This document shows positions 55,951-64,000 of a stretch of DNA of 64,000 nt, one piece after another. The stretch is from a bacterium. GTDB taxonomy: Bacteria > SM23-31. Location of the stretch: contig OZ252239.1 of NCBI GenBank assembly GCA_965249485.1, positions 3,360,001 through 3,424,000 on the forward strand, given 5' to 3'. The notes beneath the pieces are model-generated. The model had not been told where the DNA came from, made no database searches, and was given only the letters and a program-made list of their open reading frames with translations. Positions within the stretch are counted from its first letter, which is position 1. Each line of letters begins with the position of its first letter. A program made the position numbers and the translations under genes.

Positions 55951-57443
55951 ATGAGTAAGACATTCTTTAATCCCGATCTAAAGTTTTGGATTCGAATTTC
56001 TAACCCGATTTTCCGAAGATCTTGTTGGATTTGCATTATTCTTAACTTCACTTTTCCTGCATTAGCTCAAAATGACAGAGCTAAATTGGATAATACCACC
56101 TTCCCTGATAAATTCCGGATTGAAGTGGTTGCCAATAATCTCCGGGTTCCCTGGTCTATTGCCTTTACACCGGATGGCAGAATCTTTTTCACTGAGTGCA
56201 TCGGTCAGGTTCGTGTCATAGAGAATGGGCATTTGATTGAAGAACCCATTCTTAAACTCGAAGTGAGCCAGGGTGTAAAAATGGGCTTGCTTGGCATGGC
56301 ACTTGATCCTGAATTTACTGAAACACATTATGTATATCTAGCCTATAACTACGCAGTTGAGGATGAATTTCGGCTCCGGATTGTACGTTATCGTGAGATA
56401 ACTGGACGGCTTGTCGAACCGTTTACGCTGATCGAAGACATTCCTGCAGCGAGAAATCATACAGGTTGCCGTCTACGTTTCGGTCCGGACGGTAAACTCT
56501 ATATAACTACGGGTGATGCCGACCGTCCTCGAATGTCTCAAAGGCTCGACTTTCTTTCCGGCAAAATCCTACGGCTTAATCCTGATGGTTCAATTCCGGA
56601 CGACAATCCGTATGTGAACAATTCCAATGCTCATCCGGCTATATGGTCATATGGTCACCGTAATCCACAAGGACTCGATTTCCAACCTGTCTCAGGACAA
56701 TTATTCGCTTCGGAACATGGGCCAAATGGGAGTGATGAAATCAACATCATTTCGCCTGAATACAATTATGGTTGGCCTGATATATCTCATCAGGAATCTG
56801 GTGAAGGTATGGAATCCCCATTACTCGAATTCACACCAGCTATTGGACCGGGCACCGCACTTTTCTACACTGTTGAAGCTTTTCCATCGCTAAACGGAGA
56901 CCTGCTTGTCGGTCTGATGCGTGCAGAAGGCATTCTGCGGATTCGACTGAATGGTAAAGAAGTTGTTGAATATGAGCGCTGGTTTCACCGTGCTTTTGGA
57001 CGCATTCGTGAAATCGCAATGAGTCCGGAAGGCTTACTCTATTTCACAACTACTCAGTACGATCCACCCGAGGGTAATCCCCGGAGGAATTATGATATGA
57101 TTCTGCGGACCGTACCGAATGATTTTCCGTTTTCGGAATATCCTATAGCAAATCTTGAAGCATCTGAAGCACTCGAAACGACTGAATTTGATCCGCGAAC
57201 ACTGAGTGCAAGTCCACTCATAGGTATGTATTGCAGTTCCTGCCATGGTCCAAATCTAACCGGCGGTCTTCATTCAAATCTCACCGATAATGTTTGGTCC
57301 AACACCGATGACGACCAAATCATGCTTCGTATAATCCTTGAGGGATTGGAAGATGAAGGAATGCCGCATTTAACAGCGTGCTCACTTCTAAACAGGCAAA
57401 TTCGATTCTCAATTATATGCGAAACCGCATGCCGGACAAGTAA
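55951..57443 (+). CDS. PQQ-dependent sugar dehydrogenase fused to cytochrome c (1-nt deletion near C-terminus)
   Basis: PWSIAF, FGPDGKLY and YGHRNPQG; CSSCH; adding one base at about 57366 gives GMPAFNSVL...MPDK* ending 57443. Confidence 0.85.
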
Positions 57444-57464
57444 AACAAGAGAAAATTTCCGGGA

Positions 57465-59045
57465 TCACCGGGCACGTTTACCGGCTGGTGCTACACGGGG
57501 AAGTTTTTCATCCCGCATGGCCGCATGATACGCAAAACTTGCCATGATGACTGCCGATTGCATAAGATCTTCTGGAATATAACGGTCGAACGTATCCATG
57601 TTTGTGTGATATGCCCGCCGTTCGATGTCATCCTGAATGAAGCGGAAGCCGGGAAGCCCCACAGCGTCGAATGAATTGTTATCGGAACCGGGGGAGTTGT
57701 TCGGGCTGATATGGGTCATGCCTAAATCACTGAAAGGTTTTATCCATGCTTCGAAGATCGGCCGGACACGTTCGTTCTCCTGCAGCCAGATACCGCGTAT
57801 TTTCCCTCCGATGGTGTCGTTGTTGAAATATCCTGCAAATTGAGCATGTTGAGGAGTGTATTCCTGGGTATCGGGATTGCCAATATGCTTTCTGACGTAT
57901 CCACGAGATCCGTACATGCCATATTCCTCACCGCCCCACAAAGCGGCGCGGATGGTCCGGCGCGGCTGTACTCCAATTGCTTTCAATATCCTGATAGCTT
58001 CCATTGCGACAGAAGAACCGGCGCCGTTGTCGATGGCGCCCTGTCCGGCAGAGTTTGCATCGAAATGTCCACCGATCATAACCACTTCATCCGCAAGGTC
58101 AGAACCGGGAAGTTCGGCAATGACATTATAATCTTCGGTACTATCGTCATGAATATTGATCCTCGTTTCTACCTCCATTTCAACAGGTATGCCCTTTTCG
58201 AGGATGCGTATGATCCTGTTGTAGTGCTCACCTGCCATGACGAGGTAGGGAGGATGAATGGAATCCATACTCTCCCATGCTCTTCCAGGTACTTCACCCA
58301 CAGTGACCGTTCCATAATCTCCCCGCCGGTCAGGAGAAACTATGGTTGCTGTGCCCTCAGAAAACAGGAAATCTATGATCTCGTCCCGCGACAGGCCGGG
58401 TAGCACCCGGCGAGGTCTGTTTTGACCCTGTTCCTGAGGAGTTATTACTGCTTGCGACAGCTCATCGAGTTGTTCTTCGGTGTACCGAACAGCAATCGGT
58501 TCGAAATGTGGTGACATCTCGACCTTGGGATCGACAAATACGATTGCATCCCGTAATTTACCTCGGTATGCATTAAAGTCCGTACGGGACGATATATTGT
58601 TAATATTGATAAATACAGCCTGCCCGTGAACTTTCCGGTTCGTTCCGAACGAGAACGTGTTCGGGTAGGCAATTATCGGCATGTATTCAGGAGTCAGCAT
58701 ATGCACTGATGTGTATTCGTTACTCCATGTAACACCGAACTCGCCGTATGAATCCAAGTGCACGTTTGACAACCCGAATTCTTCGAATTGACGTTTTGCC
58801 CATTCAGCAGCCCGTTGGTAGGACGGAGAGTTTGCCAGACGTGGTCCGTGCACATCGGTAATATAACTGGCTATTTCCATTATCTGAGAATAGTTAAAAC
58901 CCTCAACTCTGATCTTTTGTATAACATCCCAATATATTGGTTCCTGAGCTTCCGACGTTGTCACAAATATGAGTGCCACTGTCATTATGAGTAGGGGAAA
59001 TAATGTTCTATTCATTGTTGTTTCCTCCAAAGATGCTGATATCAT
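57465..59045 (-). CDS. M28 family peptidase (carboxypeptidase Q-like), secreted
   Basis: GGHFD, GAIDNGAG, GEE, SDN and YHTNMD motifs. Confidence 0.92.
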   Translation of the reverse strand: MISASLEETTMNRTLFPLLIMTVALIFVTTSEAQEPIYWDVIQKIRVEGFNYSQIMEIASYITDVHGPRLANSPSYQRAAEWAKRQFEEFGLSNVHLDSYGEFGVTWSNEYTSVHMLTPEYMPIIAYPNTFSFGTNRKVHGQAVFININNISSRTDFNAYRGKLRDAIVFVDPKVEMSPHFEPIAVRYTEEQLDELSQAVITPQEQGQNRPRRVLPGLSRDEIIDFLFSEGTATIVSPDRRGDYGTVTVGEVPGRAWESMDSIHPPYLVMAGEHYNRIIRILEKGIPVEMEVETRINIHDDSTEDYNVIAELPGSDLADEVVMIGGHFDANSAGQGAIDNGAGSSVAMEAIRILKAIGVQPRRTIRAALWGGEEYGMYGSRGYVRKHIGNPDTQEYTPQHAQFAGYFNNDTIGGKIRGIWLQENERVRPIFEAWIKPFSDLGMTHISPNNSPGSDNNSFDAVGLPGFRFIQDDIERRAYHTNMDTFDRYIPEDLMQSAVIMASFAYHAAMRDEKLPRVAPAGKRAR

Positions 59046-59365
59046 GCGATGTTTACTAAGGAAAAAATCTCCGTGATACTATGTCGAAATATAATTAAAG
59101 TCTTCATTTTTTTAAACACATATTTTCTATTTATTATAACAGTTGAGAAATCAACTTTGAAAGAGTCGTAATTCTCCAACGCTCCCTAATAATCAGAAAA
59201 ACAGGAAAACAAGACGGAAAAAAACATTTTGCACGCTTCCGGCTTTTCGCCTTTGACCTATTGGCATCGAAGGCGACAATAACTTTACTGCAGTTATTAT
59301 ATAGTCATATAGCTCAATTTTAAATTCAAGCATATAATTAATTCCATTACTTTCCAATCAAGAGG

Positions 59366-59412
59366 CCTAAGAGCGGAAAATACTTGTAAGAATAAAATGT
59401 ATCGCTTATCTT
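59366..59412 (+). repeat. partial att-like repeat + promoter
   Basis: GAGCGGAAAATACTTGTAA-N17-TATCTT. Confidence 0.6.
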
Positions 59413-59505
59413 TCAAATAAGTCTATTCTGCTTGTGTTGACGTCATACGATATATTAATTTCTAATAAGCGTAATATTTTCTGTGGTCTTAATTTTGGAG
59501 GAGAA

Positions 59506-59940
59506 ATGAAACTGCCGCGCATTGAGAGTGTTTCATGGGCTGTGTTTTTTGCAAGAATGTGGATCGGTCTTCAATTTCTAATGTTGCGTTGGGAGAAGGT
59601 GTTCAATCTAACAGAAATCGATCAGGCTCGAAGGCTTTTCGTTGATCAATTTCAAGACACGTGGATTCCTGTCTTTATATTATGGACGATCGGAATTATT
59701 TTACCGTTCCTGGAATTGATAGCAGGCAGCTTTGCATTCATAGGTCTCCGGGTAAAGGAAAGCATAGTAACATTGGGATTGATCCTGCTCATTATTACGT
59801 ACGGCCATCTTTTGGGTGATAAGTTTTATGACTTCACAACATTTGTTATTCCCCAATTGGTAATGATAATCTTCGTCCTTATGATACCGAGAGATAAGGA
59901 TGTGTTATCAGTTGATCATTTATTGAGCAAAAAAAAATAA
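59506..59940 (+). CDS. DoxX family membrane protein
   Basis: GGAGG RBS, MKLPR start; PFLELIAG and YGHL motifs. Confidence 0.8.
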   Translation: MKLPRIESVSWAVFFARMWIGLQFLMLRWEKVFNLTEIDQARRLFVDQFQDTWIPVFILWTIGIILPFLELIAGSFAFIGLRVKESIVTLGLILLIITYGHLLGDKFYDFTTFVIPQLVMIIFVLMIPRDKDVLSVDHLLSKKK

Positions 59941-60149
59941 GATTAGCAAACTTTTATTATTTCTGTATGTAAATTTTCTGCATTGTATAAACCTATTATC
60001 GAAATTGCAGCAATTTGAGTAAGGTGGATAGCAATTTTGATCAACTGTCCGAATTGCTATGACACTCTATACGGAATTGGAATGTGACATTACATTCCAA
60101 ACCTACGACCGGATACAGCTACTCTCAAAAACGAAGACGGTTATTGTAG

Positions 60150-60180
60150 AAGGACTTAGATAGGTTACTAAGTCCTTCTT
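60150..60180. terminator. hairpin between convergent genes
   Basis: AAGGACTTAG-N8-CTAAGTCCTT. Confidence 0.6.
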
Positions 60181-60194
60181 TTATATTATGTAGT

Positions 60195-61037
60195 TTAAGG
60201 ATTGATAAGTCCTGCATTGACAAAATCATCTCGTGTTGCACCGGGATTCAATGAAGATCCGTAAACTGCCTGAGCTGCTGCAATATCTAATTCGCTGAGT
60301 TTATCCGGTATTAAGCCTGTGAATGCTCCAGGTCCACCAGCCATCAAAGATTTAGCATTACCTCCTATTAACGCCTGATCAATGTGACACATTCCAAGAA
60401 TTCCGTGTCCGATGACATCATGGACAAAAGCATCCGACGGTTGTATCGACTCTCTGAGCGTAGACCGGCTTGATATCATTACTCCACTTCCGGGTTCTGT
60501 GAATTCTATATGGACACATCCCCGTTCGAATGTACAACCGGTATCCTGCGGAGAAGGATGGTCGGTTGCTGTCACTTCGTTTAAACCGGGATGCGGATCA
60601 GGATCATCCGTGACCATAAATACAGTCAGGATATTTCCAAGCGTTGCAACGGAAACAGTTGCCAGAGCCTGTTCAACAAGCAGTTTTGTATCCTCCCCAT
60701 CACTACCATTGTCGAGCGTATTTGAAACAATCACTGTAATATCCGTGCCTCTGGGAAATGTAGCCCATTGTCCGACTCGCGTTGGGCACGCCGTAAAACC
60801 ATCCTGCGGAATTAACGGACCAGTACCCAAAAAGATTGCTTCAATATAATCTTTCATAAATCCGTCTGAATCAGGAGGCTCCGGCGAAATGATATCCGTA
60901 CTAGAGTCAGAACACGATACAATGAAGATAATTATAACGGCAAACCATACGAAATTTGTGTATTTCAGTTTGTATATAGGTATATTCTCTTTACTCAAAC
61001 AATTAAAGGATTCGCAACGGGATTTGAATTCTAACAT
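60195..61037 (-). CDS. lipoprotein with metzincin-like motif
   Basis: Lipobox IVSC; HDVIGHGILGMCH...SLM; start uncertain. Confidence 0.6.
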   Translation of the reverse strand: MLEFKSRCESFNCLSKENIPIYKLKYTNFVWFAVIIIFIVSCSDSSTDIISPEPPDSDGFMKDYIEAIFLGTGPLIPQDGFTACPTRVGQWATFPRGTDITVIVSNTLDNGSDGEDTKLLVEQALATVSVATLGNILTVFMVTDDPDPHPGLNEVTATDHPSPQDTGCTFERGCVHIEFTEPGSGVMISSRSTLRESIQPSDAFVHDVIGHGILGMCHIDQALIGGNAKSLMAGGPGAFTGLIPDKLSELDIAAAQAVYGSSLNPGATRDDFVNAGLINP

Positions 61038-61400
61038 ATAACACTCTACAAGTAAAGATGATTCCTGTTTAAATGACTATTGCATAGAGTAATACTCATC
61101 TTTAGTAAACAAATATCCTATTAAAAAGTTTTCATTATTTATTAAATCTCCTCTACCTAGATTTTGAAAGTTCCGGTTACCCAAAAGCACCTGAGGATTT
61201 CCATAATTATCATTAGCACCCATCCAATGAGAAAATCGCACATAACCATTTAAATGTGAAGACCAAATACTTTTTCCATCGATTGATCACAATAAAACTA
61301 CTCAATTAAATTCTTATTTGTTATTTTAAATTAAAGATTCACTAATGTAAGAATACACTATCAGTTTTATAATTAATCTTTAGCACTTATGTTATAAACA

Positions 61401-62777
61401 GTGAATAATCTGAGGTCTAAAATGAGAGTAATTCGGTTTGCAGCCATCTTTTTAGCAATACTAACCATTTCGCAGGCGTATGATACCCAGGCACAAACGC
61501 TTCGTGAAGCATGGGAGATGTTAAGTCTCATTCGGAAAGAGAAATTCGATATTGTTCTTCCAAAGGTTATGAAGGAACATAACATCGATATGTGGATCCA
61601 TGTTATGCGGCATGGGAATCCCGACCCTTTAGAGCACGATTTAGGTGGTACAGGTGGATATTTTATTTTTACTGACAAGGGTGGTGATAGGATCGAACGT
61701 GCTGTTCTTGGTGGCGGTGGAATCTTGCTCGCACAGAGTGGTGCATATGACCTGTTCGGTTCATCTGAACACCTCCAACAGTTTGTGTCAGATCGAGATC
61801 CTAAACGCATTGCGGTCAATATGTCTGATTGGATCTCTGCATCTGACGGTCTCTCCCATACAGATTATGTGCAATTAACTGATAGGCTCGGTGACACCTA
61901 TAACGACAGGCTCATTTCCGCAGACCATCTTATTACCGATTTCCGTGCGCAGAGAGTTTCAAGTGAAATTGCATTTTATGCCAAATTAGGTAACATGACC
62001 AGAGACATTAGCGAACGGGCACTCTCAAATGAAGTCATTACTCCCGGCGTTACAACGCTGGAAGATGTTGCATGGTGGATGAAAGGAGAAAATATACTGT
62101 ACGGGCACAACTATCTATTCAGATTGCCTTCAGTAGCTGTTATCGAAGGCCCGGAAGGTGTGTTATCGGAGTCCGACAACCGTGTCATCCAACGGGGAAA
62201 TCTCTTGAAGACTGATTTTGGCGTATCGATGCTGAATTATGGAACTGACATTCAGAGGATGGGATATGTACTGCGAGAGGGCGAAACCACCCTGCCACAG
62301 GGATTTCAAAATGCCTTTGATCAGGCGGTGAAAGCGCGGGCTGTAATTCGAAGGAATATCATTGCCGGAAGGACTGCCGAAGAATCACTGGAAATTCTGG
62401 GGATCGCATTGGATGAAGCAGGATTCGGATTCATTTTGGAAGACCCCACGATGGATGGTGGTTATTCCGGCAAAATTCGGGGAGAGCACTTAAAATATCC
62501 TGACAAGACTGAAATTGCTGTTGACCTCCATGCTCTTGGCAATACGGGAAACAGCGAGATTGCGGTCGGACCATCAATCGCCAATTTCCGTCCCGACCGG
62601 GCACATTTGACGATTCATCCGAATAATTTTTTCTCATTTGAATTTATGGCGTATACCGCTGTACCTGAATGGGGTGGTAAAAAAGTACGTATCGGGTATG
62701 AGGACAATGCAATTGTTACTGAAAATGGCGTCGAATGGCTCTACCCTCCTGCTGATAAAATATTGATAATTCATTGA
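61401..62777 (+). CDS. secreted M24-family protein #7
   Basis: TDFG..GTDIQR, DLH, SFEF and YEDN; full ligand set. Confidence 0.88.
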   Translation: MNNLRSKMRVIRFAAIFLAILTISQAYDTQAQTLREAWEMLSLIRKEKFDIVLPKVMKEHNIDMWIHVMRHGNPDPLEHDLGGTGGYFIFTDKGGDRIERAVLGGGGILLAQSGAYDLFGSSEHLQQFVSDRDPKRIAVNMSDWISASDGLSHTDYVQLTDRLGDTYNDRLISADHLITDFRAQRVSSEIAFYAKLGNMTRDISERALSNEVITPGVTTLEDVAWWMKGENILYGHNYLFRLPSVAVIEGPEGVLSESDNRVIQRGNLLKTDFGVSMLNYGTDIQRMGYVLREGETTLPQGFQNAFDQAVKARAVIRRNIIAGRTAEESLEILGIALDEAGFGFILEDPTMDGGYSGKIRGEHLKYPDKTEIAVDLHALGNTGNSEIAVGPSIANFRPDRAHLTIHPNNFFSFEFMAYTAVPEWGGKKVRIGYEDNAIVTENGVEWLYPPADKILIIH

Positions 62778-62883
62778 ACCTGTTGCGTTTCATCTTGTCA
62801 TTATACCATATCAGGAGGATTAAACTATTCCATTTCAATCAGTTTGCGCTGGAATACAAAAAAATAATGATAAAGGTGATAGT

Positions 62884-63255
62884 ATGAAATCAATTACAAT
62901 AACTGTAGAGGATGTTTCAGTTGAGGCTGAGCTTTATGAGAGTGAGACTGCGGGGAAAATATTCAGCGCTCTTCCGATCGAAGGGCGGGCGAAAATATGG
63001 GGAGATGAGATATACTTTGAAATTCCGGTCAAGACAAGTCAGGAAGGCGATGCCCGGGCTGATGTCGACGTGGGTGAATTAGGTTACTGGCCCGTCGGAC
63101 ACGCATTTTGTATCTTTTTCGGACCAACACCGGTTAGCACGGATGAAAAACCTCGTGCTGCAAGTCCGGTCAACGTATTCGGGAAAATAAAAGGAGATGC
63201 AACGCAATTCAGGAGTGTTACTCAAGGAGTTGTTGTGCGCGTTGAACAAGCATAA
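62884..63255 (+). CDS. cyclophilin-like fold protein (DUF369/TM1367 type)
   Basis: WGDEIYF and YWPVGHAFCIFFGPTP motifs. Confidence 0.88.
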   Translation: MKSITITVEDVSVEAELYESETAGKIFSALPIEGRAKIWGDEIYFEIPVKTSQEGDARADVDVGELGYWPVGHAFCIFFGPTPVSTDEKPRAASPVNVFGKIKGDATQFRSVTQGVVVRVEQA

Positions 63256-63321
63256 TATGCCTATATTTTCTCATTAAATGAATATACTCAATTATATTAA
63301 TTCTGATTTGATTCATCAGAG

Positions 63322-63978
63322 TCAGTCTTCAATATCTGTCTCCGGCTGATATTGTACAGATTCGTGATAAAATCCTTCTTGTTTTGCGTAATTCTGCAGA
63401 TATTTGCACATCATTTTCCTTGCCCTTGATAACCGTGACCTTACTGTACCTATCGGGCACGATAAAATATCTGCTATTTCCTTGTAGGAAAATCCTTCAA
63501 TATCTGACAATATGAGGACCATACGAAAATCATAGGGCAATTTTGTAAGTGCTTCATCAACCTCATCGCTCAGATAATCATTGATAACTATGTCATCTGG
63601 CGTATCAACACCTTTAAACTGAGAATCCTTTATCAGATCAACAAACGGTTCGATAGCGTCGTAACCCACCTGATCCGGCTTTTTCGTTTTTCTCCGATAT
63701 TTATTGATAAAGGTATTTTTCAGAATTGTGTAAAGCCATGCTTTACAGCTTGTACCCTGTTTATACTGATCAAAAAATCTATATGCTTTAAAGTATGTTT
63801 CCTGTACCAGATCATTTGCATCCTGCTCATTGTAAGTCAATTTCAGCGCTGAATTGAAAAGTGCATCCATGTAGATCAATGCTTCATTCTGAAATAACTC
63901 ATTTTTTTGCTCATGTGTCTCCCACATACTCTCCTCCTCGTAGTCTTTCATCACTACATCAATTGTTGAGACATTCAA
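63322..63978 (-). CDS. ECF RNA polymerase sigma factor (SigH/SigR-like)
   Basis: DLVQETY.KAY, KAWLYTI and GTVRSRLSRAR motifs. Confidence 0.92.
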   Translation of the reverse strand: MNVSTIDVVMKDYEEESMWETHEQKNELFQNEALIYMDALFNSALKLTYNEQDANDLVQETYFKAYRFFDQYKQGTSCKAWLYTILKNTFINKYRRKTKKPDQVGYDAIEPFVDLIKDSQFKGVDTPDDIVINDYLSDEVDEALTKLPYDFRMVLILSDIEGFSYKEIADILSCPIGTVRSRLSRARKMMCKYLQNYAKQEGFYHESVQYQPETDIED

Positions 63979-64000
63979 TTATGGCTGTTTACACATTGTT

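Noticed and set aside
57444..57528. Overlap of the PQQ-dehydrogenase ORF with the convergent M28 gene
   Set aside because: Caused by the 1-nt deletion at about 57366; the repaired frame stops at 57443.
39471..59412. Repeat array as CRISPR or classical integron attC
   Set aside because: Spacing is gene-sized and irregular, copies are degenerate and non-palindromic, there are no RYYYAAC/GTTRRRY boxes, and no cas or intI genes are present.

Overview
A roughly 40% GC bacterial window. A C-terminal 'QNYPNPFNPTT' sorting domain suggests an FCB-group lineage such as KSB1 or Latescibacterota (inference). The window is mostly accessory DNA. It contains: an AT-rich defence-like block (FRG protein, broken HNH nuclease); tandem secreted amidohydrolases and a GH29 fucosidase; a GC-rich katG islet bracketed by tRNA-Arg and its duplicated 3' end; a metal-uptake operon led by a CxxC/RAPP (DUF2946-like) ORF; tRNA-Val and tRNA-Asp with arsR-acr3 between them; an att-relic-flanked island at 24-33.6 kb; and an IS1595 element. 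The most striking feature lies at about 39.4-62.8 kb: an array of mostly single-gene units, including seven divergent secreted M24 (Xaa-Pro peptidase-like) paralogs. The units are separated by a degenerate, co-oriented repeat (GTTCGCAAATCGTACAGCCCGAGGAGCAGAAAATACTTGTAA). Its core resembles a tRNA-Asn-type 3' end, and four copies carry a TTGTAW-N17-TAnnnT promoter-like tail. This suggests an integron-like cassette array built by repeated site-specific integration. No recombinase gene is present in the window, so the mechanism is inferred.
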